A stretch of 64,000 nt of DNA from a bacterium (GTDB lineage Bacteria; UBA8248; JACPRG01; G963555815). The notes under the pieces were generated by a model, which did not search any database, had not been told where the DNA came from, and worked only from the letters and a program-made list of their open reading frames with translations. Position numbers and translations under genes: made by a program. Below are positions 29,825 to 40,080 of the stretch, one piece after another (the stretch's first letter is position 1; the number at the start of each line of letters is the position of its first letter). The DNA is taken from positions 2,720,001-2,784,000 of the forward strand of contig OZ244653.1 of the NCBI GenBank assembly GCA_965218795.1. The letters are read 5' to 3'.

Positions 29825-32194
29825 TCATGAGCCTTGTCCGGCCCCCAGGGCCTCCAAAATCCGATCCGCGGTGAATGGCATTGATTCGATTCGAACTCCG
29901 ATGGCGTCGTAGATCGCGTTGGCCACGGCCGCGGCGGTCGGGACCAGCGCCGGCTCTCCGATCCCCTTGGCTCCGAAGGGACCCGAGGGGTCTTCCTCTT
30001 CCACGAGGAGGGACCGGACCTCCGCGAAATCGAGAGTGGACGGGATCTTGTAGTCCACCAGCGTCGGGTTGGTCACCGCGCCGTCTTCAAACACCATCTC
30101 TTCGGAGAGGAGCCAGCCGATCCCCGTGGCCGCCGCGCCTTCGATCTGCCCTTCGCACCCCTCCGGGCTGATGGCCCGGCCGACGTCGTGGGCGGAATGA
30201 AGGGCGATCACCTCCACTTGGCCCGTCTCGGTGTCCACCTCCACCTCTGCGATCTGCGTCGCGTAAATAAAGGCCGAGAACATCGCGGCGTCATGCCATC
30301 CCTCGATGGTCAGGTCCGTGGGGGAGTCGTACGTCGGTTTTTGAAAGAATGAACCCGTCCCCATGATCGCTCCCCCGTCTGCGTAAAGACCGAACATGAC
30401 CACATCGTTGTACGTGGCTCTCCGGTCGGGGGCGCTTCGAACCCAGACCTCGCCGTCCTGCATGTCCAGGTCCTCGGGGGCGGCCTCCAGCATCGTCCCC
30501 GCGATGTCCAGGAATCGTTCCTTGACCTCGGAGGCGGCGCGCAGGATGGCATTGCCCGTGTTGTAGGTCGTCCGGCTGGCGTCCGTCGCCCAGTCGTACG
30601 CCGTGGTCAGGGTGTCGGACATGACGATGGAGACGTTCTCCAGCGGAACGCCCAGGGCCTCGGCCGCAATCTGTGACAGCACGGTCCTCTGACCGCCGCC
30701 CACCTCCGTCCCGCCCGTCAGAATCGTGACGGACCCGCCGATGTCCATCTTGAGAATGGCTCCGGAAGTGAGGATGGCGCTGACGTGCTGCATCGAGGCC
30801 GCGCCGACCCCTCTTTTTTTCCGGGAGCCGCTCGGCTCGAGGGCCGGCTTCTCGGCGTTCTCCCAATCCCAGCCGACGCTCTCGGCCGCCCGGCGAAGCG
30901 TCTCCTCGAAGGCCGCATGAGGGACCGGCTGGCCGGTCAGAACGGTGTCCCGGTCCGTGATCGCGTTCTTCATCCGGAGCTCGACGGGATCCATGCCGAG
31001 GCGTTCGGCGAGCACGTCCAGCTGGGACTCCCCTGCGAAGTGGATCTGGGGCCCGCCGTACCCGCGGTACGCCCCGAACGGGAGCTTGTTGGTGTAAACC
31101 AACCGGGCCTCCACGCGAACGTTCGGGATTGCATACGGACCCTGCCCATGGAAGAGAGCGAACTCCGTCACGCCCGGCCCATGGGTGGCGTACGCCCCGG
31201 AGTCGACCGTGAAACTGAAATGTCGGGCGGTCATTCGGCCGTCCTTCTTGGCGCCGGTCTTGTACGTCACGATGAACGGGTGCCGGGGGTTGCCCGAGAT
31301 GAACTCCTCCTCCCGCGTCAGCACGATCTTCACCGGACAACCGGTCCGCTGGGCCAGGAGGATCGCGTGGGGCTCAACGCGCAGGTCTATCTTTCCGCCG
31401 AACCCGCCGCCGATGAACGGCGCCACGACCCGGATGTTCCCGGGAAGGAGGAGCAGTGTGTGCAGCAGCTGCATCCGGATCGTGGCGACCGACTGGGTGC
31501 TGGTCCAGACCGTGACCTTTCCGCCGGGTTCCGCTTCGGCGACCGCGGCGTGGGGCTCCATGTAGCACTGGTGGTGGCTGGACGTCCGGAACGTCTGCTC
31601 GACGACCTGATCCGCCTCTTGAAACGCCCTGTCCGGATCCCCTCGAAGGATGTGTATCCGGGAGAGGACGTTCCCGGACCGGATCGGATTGAGGCCGGGA
31701 TTGGTCGCGTACCGCTCCAGATCTTCGTGGATGATCGGGGCGTCGGGCTTCATCGCCTCCAGGGGGTCGAAGACGGCGGGGAGATCTTCGTACTCCACCA
31801 CGATCAGCTCACTGGCCTCCTCCGCGGCGTCCTCGTTCGACGCCGCAATCGCCGCGATCGGCTCCCCGATGTAGCGGGCCTTTTTGTGGGCGAAGATGAC
31901 GCCGTCCTGCATGTACGGCCCGAATCGCAGGAGATTTCCGGCCTCGTCCTTCGGACAGTCTTCCCCTGTCACAATGGCTTTCACGCCCCGGACCTTGAGG
32001 GCTCTGGAGGAGTCGACGTTCAGGATCTTCGCGTGGGCCATCGTGCTTCGATGGTACTTGCCGTACAGCATCCCCGGAAGGTTCAGGTCGGTCGCGAAGA
32101 CGCCCCTGCCGGTCGCCTTCTGGGCTCCGTCCTCCCGCGGGATGCTCTTCCCAACCCAACTGAATCCGTCGACGTCCTCTTGCGGAGTGCTCAT
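29825..32194 (-). CDS. Xanthine dehydrogenase family Mo large subunit 4 (close paralog of subunit 3)
   Basis: GGGFGGK, AYRGYGGPQ, YDWATDASRTTYNTG (near-identical in subunit 3), GAKGIGE. Confidence 0.93.
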   Translation of the reverse strand: MSTPQEDVDGFSWVGKSIPREDGAQKATGRGVFATDLNLPGMLYGKYHRSTMAHAKILNVDSSRALKVRGVKAIVTGEDCPKDEAGNLLRFGPYMQDGVIFAHKKARYIGEPIAAIAASNEDAAEEASELIVVEYEDLPAVFDPLEAMKPDAPIIHEDLERYATNPGLNPIRSGNVLSRIHILRGDPDRAFQEADQVVEQTFRTSSHHQCYMEPHAAVAEAEPGGKVTVWTSTQSVATIRMQLLHTLLLLPGNIRVVAPFIGGGFGGKIDLRVEPHAILLAQRTGCPVKIVLTREEEFISGNPRHPFIVTYKTGAKKDGRMTARHFSFTVDSGAYATHGPGVTEFALFHGQGPYAIPNVRVEARLVYTNKLPFGAYRGYGGPQIHFAGESQLDVLAERLGMDPVELRMKNAITDRDTVLTGQPVPHAAFEETLRRAAESVGWDWENAEKPALEPSGSRKKRGVGAASMQHVSAILTSGAILKMDIGGSVTILTGGTEVGGGQRTVLSQIAAEALGVPLENVSIVMSDTLTTAYDWATDASRTTYNTGNAILRAASEVKERFLDIAGTMLEAAPEDLDMQDGEVWVRSAPDRRATYNDVVMFGLYADGGAIMGTGSFFQKPTYDSPTDLTIEGWHDAAMFSAFIYATQIAEVEVDTETGQVEVIALHSAHDVGRAISPEGCEGQIEGAAATGIGWLLSEEMVFEDGAVTNPTLVDYKIPSTLDFAEVRSLLVEEEDPSGPFGAKGIGEPALVPTAAAVANAIYDAIGVRIESMPFTADRILEALGAGQGS

Positions 32195-32298
32195 GCTCCT
32201 TCCTCCTCCGGAGATGCAGCGCCTTACCCTTGATCCATCAGGCCGACCCAAAGCCTTTCCGCCAGGTTGGACTCAGGGACCCGAAATTCCCTCCACCT

Positions 32299-33708
32299 TC
32301 ACTGGAGATGGCCCGCCCCCACCCCGGAGGCCAGGTACTCCGCCAGGTCGATTCCTTCCCAGAGCTCCCGTTTGACGTCGCACCGCTCGGGAAAGCCGAC
32401 GCCCAACGGTTTCGTGGCGTCGATACCCACCCGGGTGTTCAGCCCCCCATGCTCGGAACGGCTCCTCTCGGCATGGCCCGAGGGGTCGATGATGCTCACG
32501 AATGTGCCCGGAATAAAAAAGAAATCCCTGTCCGGCTGGGTGCGGGTGCTGATGGCCCATAGCACCTCGCGGTCACTGAAAATGTCCACGTCTTCATCCA
32601 CCGCCACGACGAGCTTCAAATAAGGGTCCGCGGCCAAGGCCGCCAGGGCGGCGTTTTTCCCCTGGCCCTCGTATTCCTTGTTCATCTGAACGTAGCCCAC
32701 GAAACGACAGCCCCCGGATTCGGCGACAGCCACTCTGCGCAGGGTCGGGACCACCTCTTTGGTTCGGCGGTAGACGAATGATTCCCGTCCGAGCAGGCCC
32801 AGGTAATTGTGGTCGAGATAGAGACTGTTCAGGTCGAGGAAGATGGCATCCTCCCGGTGGGTGATGGCAGTCACTTCCAGAACGGGGTTCTGCCCGACCG
32901 GTCCGTAATGCCAGGAGAATTCACCGAATGGACCCTCGTCCTCCCGGACTCCCGCGAGAATCCGGCCCTCGATGACGATTTCGGCCCGGGCGGGCACCCC
33001 CAGGTCCACCGTCTCGGCTTTGGCCAGTTCCAGGGACTCCCCAAGAAGCCCGCCGATCACGGCGAATTCATCCATCTCCACGGGCCCCCGGGCTTGAGAG
33101 CCGTGACAAAAGGCGGGATGATGGCCCAAAGCCACGGCAAATTCCAGATCCTCCCCTCGACTCTCATGCACCCGCAGAATGTGCGCCAGGTGGGACTCGG
33201 GCCCCATGATGAGGCCCATCTTTTGCGGACCTTTGTACATCAGCCGGTAGATCCCGGCGTTATGGACTCCGGTCTTCGGATCCTTTGCGATACCCACTCC
33301 TGGCGTGATATAGGGTCCCGCATCCTTCTCGCCGTGGGTGACGATGGGGAGTTTGGACAGGTCCGCCTCCGGGGCGAGCCGCTTGACCTCCTTGACCGGC
33401 CCATCCTCCACCCATTTCGGCTCCAGGGGTCTGCCCTCCAATCGGATGTACTCATCCAGCATTTCATCGAGGGAGGTCTCCAGCGCGGCCGCCAATTTCG
33501 TCCTGGAAGCGAACAGGTTCGTCAGCACCGGCATCGAGAACCCCCCGGCATTCTCGAACAGGACGGCCGGGAATTTGTTTTCCGCCTGAAGCTTGCGAAC
33601 AACGGCTGAAATTTCCCAGCAAGGGTCTACGGACCGGCCAATGCTGACGATCTCTTCAGGATGATGGTGTCTCAGATATTCGAGAAACGTCCGCAGGTCC
33701 TTAGCCAT
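32299..33708 (-). CDS. UbiD-family (prFMN) decarboxylase
   Basis: KDLRTFL, DAGPYIT, NAGIYR, AEIVIEG, EGPFGE, VDEDVDI, GIDATKP. Confidence 0.93.
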   Translation of the reverse strand: MAKDLRTFLEYLRHHHPEEIVSIGRSVDPCWEISAVVRKLQAENKFPAVLFENAGGFSMPVLTNLFASRTKLAAALETSLDEMLDEYIRLEGRPLEPKWVEDGPVKEVKRLAPEADLSKLPIVTHGEKDAGPYITPGVGIAKDPKTGVHNAGIYRLMYKGPQKMGLIMGPESHLAHILRVHESRGEDLEFAVALGHHPAFCHGSQARGPVEMDEFAVIGGLLGESLELAKAETVDLGVPARAEIVIEGRILAGVREDEGPFGEFSWHYGPVGQNPVLEVTAITHREDAIFLDLNSLYLDHNYLGLLGRESFVYRRTKEVVPTLRRVAVAESGGCRFVGYVQMNKEYEGQGKNAALAALAADPYLKLVVAVDEDVDIFSDREVLWAISTRTQPDRDFFFIPGTFVSIIDPSGHAERSRSEHGGLNTRVGIDATKPLGVGFPERCDVKRELWEGIDLAEYLASGVGAGHLQ

Positions 33709-33896
33709 TCGCTCCCCCCCGTGGCTCCCGACTCCAAGCAGGGAACAGGACGACGGATTGCAGCCGATCTCTGTGAAAAATCCGGCCGAATATCGTCATG
33801 CCCGTCAACTTCGCCACTGGCACGGCTGTCGGGTTTTGCCAGCCCACCGTCGGGCGATCTAATCCACCCCCGAATTTTCGTTGACCATCCGGGGTT

Positions 33897-34451
33897 TCAG
33901 GATTCGGAAGGCTCCCACTTGCAAAGCCCGTTGGCCCCAACCCGGAAAAAGTGATTGAACTTGCTTCGGTAGTTCTCCAGGGAGATGGTGGCCGCCAGTT
34001 CCACCAACTCCTCGTCGGTGAACTCGGTCTGCAGCTTCCCGAAGAGGTCGTCGCTCACGTCCTTCTCCGCTATCGTCATGCCCTCGGCCGCCTCGAGAGC
34101 CAGTCGCTCTCGACGGCTGTAAAGAGGGCTCTCCCGCCACTGGTCCACCGAGAGGAACTTCTCCGCGTCTTCTCCGTTATTCATTCCACGGAATGAATTG
34201 GAGTCCACTCAGAACGGACAGCCGTTGATCTGCGCTATCCGGACGCACAGAAGGGTCCGCAGCCCCACCGAGAGCAGCCCCGATTCGTCAATGGCCCGGC
34301 CGAATGCCTGGTTGGCGAGAAAGATGGACGGTCTGTGACTGGAGATCAGGGAGGAGTTCAACACCTCCCCATACGTTTCCCTCTGCTCCTCGAAGACCTT
34401 TTGAATCTCCGGCGGAACGGACGATGGGTCTGCTTCTCGGATTCGAGGCAC
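33897..34451 (-). CDS. AhpD/carboxymuconolactone decarboxylase-family protein, probable selenoprotein (CPFU)
   Basis: ORFs 34209-34451 and 33897-34208 are in one frame, separated only by TGA: RIAQINGCPF-TGA-VDSNS; hairpin at 34179-34198. Confidence 0.85.
34179..34198 (-). promoter_or_regulatory. Candidate bacterial SECIS hairpin
   Basis: AUUCAUUC-CGUG-GAAUGAAU, starting 10 nt after the UGA. Confidence 0.65.
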
Positions 34452-34654
34452 TCTCTTTACTCCTTACTACGCGCTCACGGTGACTCCAAAGTTTCGTGGA
34501 AGCGGGTTTTGTCCCAAATCGAATTCGGTGACCGAACCTCGACAGTGGCCGGAGCAGGCGAAAGAAATCCTTGCGTCATCCATCCTTTACCCTGTCCAGG
34601 CAGGTTCTCAGGTCCTGCATGCCCGGACCTCTCTCTCGCATGTCATCGGATGGC

Positions 34655-35722
34655 CTACCAGACCTCCGCCAGCAGCTCGTCGGGGTCGCCGAACTTCGAG
34701 GCCGACTCCCGAATCTCCGGGTCATCGAGGATCAGAAGGCGGCCGTCGTCTATCAGGGTTTCGCCGCCGACGGTGAACGTGGGGTTGAGGCATCCGCCGT
34801 CCCAGTGAAGGAGGCTGTCGTGTTCGGGGATCCAGGCCCAGTTCCCGACCGCGGCGTGATATGTCCCGGACCGGCGAAAGAGGATGGTGTCGGGCGCGCG
34901 GACCTGGAGGGCGTCGGAGACCGGCGCCTTGGGGTGCACCCCGATGGCCACCTCGCAGAAGTACCGCCCCTTCTCGAAGCGGTCCATCAGGCTTTCGAGC
35001 CACTTCGCCTCCTCGCCCCCTTCGACGCGCGTCACCCAGTGGTCTTCGACTGTGAGGCGGACGGGTTCACGCAGGTAGCCCGCGAATCCCTCCATCTGAT
35101 CGAAGACGACCGTCCCGTTTACAGGAGATTCCGGATGCTCGGCCATGTCTCCGCTGGGGAAGAACATCCATCCCCGGGGAGGCTGGTCCTCCTTGAACCC
35201 CGAAGCGAACGGCAGCCGGCCCCGTAAGTCTGTGCCGTTCGGGGCGGTCAGGTGAAAGGCGTCATCCTTTCCGCTCTGGGCGCGCTCCGACGTCTTGCGG
35301 AAGAGGGTCCAGAGCAGTTCCGGTGGAAACGTGGCCCATGAGCTCGTGAGCAGGGCGGGCGTCGGACAAATCAGGGAGACACAGCGTTTGCCCGTTCGCT
35401 TGAGGAAATGGCCGAAGTGGAGGTTGTCGACAATGGCCGCGTTCTCGAGCGCCTGGGCCGTAATCAGGACATCGGCCGATTCCATGGCCGTAAAAACCAG
35501 GGGTGAGATCGATTCCCCCAAACGATTTTCGTTTGCGTGGGAAGAGAGGATGTGGGTCTCCGCGCCCGCCTCCTCACATGCGAGAGCGATGGCCTGCACG
35601 ACGAGGGGGTCCACTTGGCCCGCGCGGTCCAGCCAGAGAAGGACTTTTTGGCCTTTTTCAATGAAGGCGTAGCCCTGGACACAGTTTCGTGCGCCCGGCA
35701 TCAAATCCATCAACTCATACAT
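34655..35722 (-). CDS. M29 aminopeptidase-fold protein (NicX 2,5-dihydroxypyridine dioxygenase-like)
   Basis: TAPNGTDL, FFPSG, NGTVVFD, PVRLTVE..VTRVEGG, EVAIGVHPKA, LHWDG. Confidence 0.6.
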   Translation of the reverse strand: MYELMDLMPGARNCVQGYAFIEKGQKVLLWLDRAGQVDPLVVQAIALACEEAGAETHILSSHANENRLGESISPLVFTAMESADVLITAQALENAAIVDNLHFGHFLKRTGKRCVSLICPTPALLTSSWATFPPELLWTLFRKTSERAQSGKDDAFHLTAPNGTDLRGRLPFASGFKEDQPPRGWMFFPSGDMAEHPESPVNGTVVFDQMEGFAGYLREPVRLTVEDHWVTRVEGGEEAKWLESLMDRFEKGRYFCEVAIGVHPKAPVSDALQVRAPDTILFRRSGTYHAAVGNWAWIPEHDSLLHWDGGCLNPTFTVGGETLIDDGRLLILDDPEIRESASKFGDPDELLAEVW

Positions 35723-35843
35723 GGAAAGGATCCTCCTCACCGTTCCGAAGAAGGCCTGGCTCCATTCGGGTGGAAATGCCGGCCGCTCCCCGGGGGTACC
35801 GAATCGATCAATGGATGGACCGATGCCGGGAGCCGTGAGGCTT

Positions 35844-36614
35844 TCACCCGATAACGCCCCCCGGGTGGCGCTTGAAGACCTCCCAATCATGCCCCGGCAG
35901 AACGATACCTCCGCGTTGGCGGACCCACTGGATCGCCCGAAGGGCTTCCACCAGGTCGTAATTGTTCGTCGGCCAGTCTTTTTCCAGACTCTCGTAGGAG
36001 ATCGCCGCATCGCTGGCAAGGACGACTTCGCCTTCGGAGGTCTCGACGGTCACAGCAGTCAGGTCCGGACTGTGCCCGCCCAGGCGATAGCAGCGGACCC
36101 CCGAAACGATCTCCTCCCCGTCTTCCACGAGGCGAAAGCGCCGGCCGAGCTCGTTTCTCAGGATCTCCAGGATCTCCGGCGGATACGCACCCGGAGAGGC
36201 CAGCCTCGGATGCGCGGGGTTGGAGACTGCCTCCCAGGCGGTTCGCGCCATCACCAACTCGGGCCTGGGGTAATTCGGCAGGTTCAGGCTGTGGTCCACG
36301 TGAAGATGCGTAAAGATGATGAGATCGACCCTGTCGGGGGTAATCCCGAGCGACTCGAGCTGGCTGGCGGGCTCGTTCTCCGGAAGAATTGTCCAGCCGC
36401 AACCTTCCTGGAGCCAGTCGGGAGCGCGTCTTGTTTGTTCTTCAGCGTGGCTCGCGTTCGCGCCGACGTCGACGAGGATGGTCTTGCCCTCGCCCTGGAG
36501 AACCCAGAGACAGAGAGGGATTTCTATCATCTCGCCGAAGCGCCCAGCGTTGAACAGAAAGGGGCCGGGGAGGCGTGACTCACCGTAATGGATGACTCGC
36601 ACTTGATAGGTCAT
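35844..36614 (-). CDS. Metallo-beta-lactamase-fold hydrolase (AHL lactonase-like)
   Basis: ILVDVG, THLHVDH (HxHxDH), GGHSP, ASDA, PGHD. Confidence 0.88.
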   Translation of the reverse strand: MTYQVRVIHYGESRLPGPFLFNAGRFGEMIEIPLCLWVLQGEGKTILVDVGANASHAEEQTRRAPDWLQEGCGWTILPENEPASQLESLGITPDRVDLIIFTHLHVDHSLNLPNYPRPELVMARTAWEAVSNPAHPRLASPGAYPPEILEILRNELGRRFRLVEDGEEIVSGVRCYRLGGHSPDLTAVTVETSEGEVVLASDAAISYESLEKDWPTNNYDLVEALRAIQWVRQRGGIVLPGHDWEVFKRHPGGVIG

Positions 36615-37013
36615 GGCAAGCGTCACCCGAGCGTTAGGTGATGTGGACTCGAATTTTTCGAGGCTAGCCCAGCCCTCCTCCGGCGTCAAGGGAAGAATGA
36701 TCTCGGCGATTCCCGGATTTGGGGTCAGCGCTCTGGGGCGGGCGGGGCCTGCACTGCTTTCACCGGGCATGAGGGCAAATGATTTTCGATTTCTCCTGAC
36801 AGCCCGGCTGCGGGGGCGCGTTGCCCCCGAGAAGCGCCCCCCGGAAAATCCCCTTTGATCCGGCGCCGCGAAATCGCAGAGGCGCGTTGCCTGCAATGAA
36901 AGCCCCTCCGGGATCGACCCAGCGGGCGCTTTGCATTCTGTCCTTCGCTTGACACCCGCTCGCAGGCGGCGGAAGTAGGGGAGGTTTTCCTTTCGGCTTG
37001 GAGGCCGTTTCCT

Positions 37014-38618
37014 TTGTCTCCTTCTCTATCGAATCTCCCCCCGATGGGGGGATTCACCGCGTTCCTCGCGGCCCTTCCAATCCTCACGCTGCTCGTCCTC
37101 ATGATCGGCTTTCGCTGGGGGGCCGCGAAGGCCGGGACCGTCGGATTGATCGCGGCTTTGCTGACGGGCTCTCTTTATTTCGGGGCCGGCCCTTCCGCCC
37201 TGCTTACTGCTCTGGGGCGCGGGGGCCTGCTGAGCCTGAAGGTTCTTTACATTATCTGGCCGGCGCTTTTGCTCTATCAGGTGGCGCAGGCCCCCGGCGC
37301 GATCCGGAACCTCGGATGGGCCGTCGCGTCAATGACCCGAAACCATATCCTTCAGCTTCTCATCCTGGCCTTTGCCTTCACGACCTTTCTCCAGGGGGTG
37401 GCGGGCTTCGGGGTGCCGGTCGCCGTGGTCACGCCTCTGCTGATCGGGATGGGATACCCGCCGATTCAGGCCGCAGCGGCTTCGCTCGTCGGCCATGCCT
37501 GGTCCGTCTCGATGGGCGACATGGCGTCTTCCTTCCAGGCCCTGCGGGCGGTCACCGACCTCCCGGCCCACTCGCTGGGTATCTGGATCGCCACCCTTTT
37601 GGGCGGAGCGGGGATCCTGACCGCCTTCTCGGTGTCTCACGTTCATGCCGGCTTCAGTGCCGTCTGGAGGTGGCCCGGGCCGCCGCTGATCCTCGGGGTC
37701 GCGACCATCGGGACGCAGTGGGTGCTGGCCTACTTCGACCTTTGGATCATAGCGACCTTCGGCGGCGGGATGGCGGGGTTGGCGGTCGGTCTTTTGTTAT
37801 CGCGGATTCCCCGCTATCAAGGACCTTCACGGGCCCCGAGTCTCGGTCCGAAGCTGGAGGAGGAGCGTGTCCGCGCCGCCCCTTTGCCCCCTGAAGAGGA
37901 GCGCATGAGCTTCTCCCTGGCGTTCGCGCCGTATTTCGCTCTCGTCGGGGTGGTCCTCCTGGCCACGGTTGTTCCACCCATCCATCATGCCCTCGAGGGC
38001 GTGCAACTGGAGCTCTCCCTGCCCGGCACGCAAACGGTTTACGGATGGAAGACGCCCGATTCCACTTGGTCGCTGAGCCTGTTCGGCCATCCGGGGGCTT
38101 TCCTGTTGTACGCCGCCGCCATCGGTTATCTCGTCTTCCGGCTTCGGGGGGCCTGGCCCAGGGACGCCGGTTTATGGGGACACACCGGCCGGGAGGGCTG
38201 GCCCGCCTCGATCGGTATCGTGACCATGACCTGTATGGCAACGATCATGACGGCGTCGGGAATGACGATGGTTCTGGCAAAGACCCTGTTCCGGGTTGCG
38301 GGCCAGCAGTATCCTTTCCTCTCTCCGTTCGTCGGCCTGCTCGGCTGCATCATAACGGGGAGCAATACGAATTCCAACATCCTGTTCGGAGCCCTGCAAA
38401 CGGATATCGCGCGGCTTTTGGATACGTACCCCGTCCTCCTCGGGGCGGTACAGAGCGCAGGGGGAGCCCTCGGGAGCATGGTGGCCCCCGCCAAGGTCCT
38501 GTTGGCCTGCGCCACGGCGGGATTGGCCGGTCAGGAAGGCCGGGTGATCGGCCGGACGCTGGGTTATTGTCTTCTCATGACGGCGCTGGTCGGACTCGTT
38601 GCGTGGTGGGTTTCGTAG
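37014..38618 (+). CDS. L-lactate permease family transporter
   Basis: FLQGVAGFGVPVA, GCIITGSNTNSNILFG, GSMVAP; many TM segments. Confidence 0.85.
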   Translation: MSPSLSNLPPMGGFTAFLAALPILTLLVLMIGFRWGAAKAGTVGLIAALLTGSLYFGAGPSALLTALGRGGLLSLKVLYIIWPALLLYQVAQAPGAIRNLGWAVASMTRNHILQLLILAFAFTTFLQGVAGFGVPVAVVTPLLIGMGYPPIQAAAASLVGHAWSVSMGDMASSFQALRAVTDLPAHSLGIWIATLLGGAGILTAFSVSHVHAGFSAVWRWPGPPLILGVATIGTQWVLAYFDLWIIATFGGGMAGLAVGLLLSRIPRYQGPSRAPSLGPKLEEERVRAAPLPPEEERMSFSLAFAPYFALVGVVLLATVVPPIHHALEGVQLELSLPGTQTVYGWKTPDSTWSLSLFGHPGAFLLYAAAIGYLVFRLRGAWPRDAGLWGHTGREGWPASIGIVTMTCMATIMTASGMTMVLAKTLFRVAGQQYPFLSPFVGLLGCIITGSNTNSNILFGALQTDIARLLDTYPVLLGAVQSAGGALGSMVAPAKVLLACATAGLAGQEGRVIGRTLGYCLLMTALVGLVAWWVS

Positions 38619-38746
38619 TTCGGGAAGGTGGGAGGAATCGTCGTCTTCGCGCCAATGATGGACGATGGGCCGGTGACTCGCAGGACGGAACTCGACTCAT
38701 CCGTATGAATCGATCTGAATCGGAATCATCGCGGAGGATGATGGAC

Positions 38747-39240
38747 ATGGCCGGAAACGAATTGGAGAATCTGAAGACGGGTCTGCCGCTCGACGCCGCC
38801 GGGAAGATTGTGGATGCCGCGCTGGCGGCGGGGCGAGCCGCGGGGATGCTGCCGCTGACGGTGGCCGTACTGGATGCTGGGGGGCACCTCGTTTCCTTCA
38901 AGCGGGAGGACGGCTCCGGCATCCTGCGGCCGGACATCGCCGTCGGCAAGGCGTGGGGCGCGTTGGGGATGGGGATGTCCACCCGGACGATCCGCGCGAC
39001 CGGCTGAAAGAACGAACCGCGTTTCAGGACGCCCTGGCTGCGGCCTCGGGGGGCCGCTTCGTCCCGGTTCCCGGCGGCGTTCTGATTCTGGATGCTTCGA
39101 ACGACGTGGTGGGCGCGGTGGGGATCAGCGGCGATTCGTCCGACAGGGACGAGTACTGCGCCATCGAGGGGATCCGCGCGGCCGGATACATTTCTTCCCC
39201 GGATGAGCCTTCGGCGGACTGGAAGGGATCGGGATTATGA
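38747..39240 (+). pseudogene. GlcG/HbpS-like heme-binding protein, frameshifted near 38995 (possible sequencing error)
   Basis: VAVLDAGGHL..REDG..IAVGKAWGA in one frame; PGGVLI..VGAVGISG..DEYCA in another. Confidence 0.8.
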
Positions 39241-40080
39241 GGGGGGCGGCGGGAGTGGACCGATGGGCCATTCCATCACCGCGACTCCGGTCAGCCAAAT
39301 GGGCTCCGGCTCATACAGCCAGGTCTGGCCCCGCGTGTTCCCGGCGAGGGTCGCGGCCGAGATCCAGTTGCGGATCTCGTTGGCGCCGTTTCCGCCGGCG
39401 TCAATCCGGTCCTGACTCCAACCGGCCAGCGCTTCGACCTTTCCCTCCTCCAGCAGGCCGAGGACGGCCCGGTCCCACTCCTGGTCAATCGTTCCCATCT
39501 CCGGCGTGCCGATCCAGTGAGACATGGCCCCGGTGGCCAGCACGCCCACCCGGTCCGTCTCGTCATAGGCTTCGAGCGCCCGCCTGACGGCCCGGCCCAA
39601 ATCGATGGCGCGCCCCGGCGGCGCCAGAGGCGCCGCGACGGTGTTCTGCAGAATCGGGACGAGGGGGATACCGAGCTCCCCCATCCTGTGGATGGGGGTG
39701 ATCACGGTATGGTCGATCACCGGATCGCGGCACAGGTGGGGATCGAATCCGGCATCCAGCAGATACTCGGTCAGATAGAAGCCCAGGGCCGCGTCGCCCT
39801 TTCGCCCGCCTTCCACGTCCGGCATCCGGCCCTCGCTGGCCACATTCCGAAAGACCGGGGCGGCTTGAACGGCCAGCGCCGGGAACTGATCGGGCGGAAA
39901 GACCTGGATGTGATCGTTGCCGAAAACGACCAGCACATCGACCTTGCGGTCGAGGAGGGTCTGCCCCATCCGCTCATAGACCGGAAAAACCCGGACCTGG
40001 ACCTCCGGCGGGGCGTCCGTCGCTTTCGTGACGAGGAGGGGGCTATGGCTGGCTCCGAATGCGGCGACGATATCAGCCAT
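39235..40080 (-). CDS. Extradiol dioxygenase beta subunit (LigB family)
   Basis: AFGASHSP, GNDH, IDH, TGAMSH, GANEIRNW. Confidence 0.85.
   Translation of the reverse strand: MADIVAAFGASHSPLLVTKATDAPPEVQVRVFPVYERMGQTLLDRKVDVLVVFGNDHIQVFPPDQFPALAVQAAPVFRNVASEGRMPDVEGGRKGDAALGFYLTEYLLDAGFDPHLCRDPVIDHTVITPIHRMGELGIPLVPILQNTVAAPLAPPGRAIDLGRAVRRALEAYDETDRVGVLATGAMSHWIGTPEMGTIDQEWDRAVLGLLEEGKVEALAGWSQDRIDAGGNGANEIRNWISAATLAGNTRGQTWLYEPEPIWLTGVAVMEWPIGPLPPPPS

Noticed and set aside
18204-32194. Form I aerobic CO dehydrogenase CoxL
   Set aside because: None has the AYxCSFR loop; they have FRGFG or YRGYG
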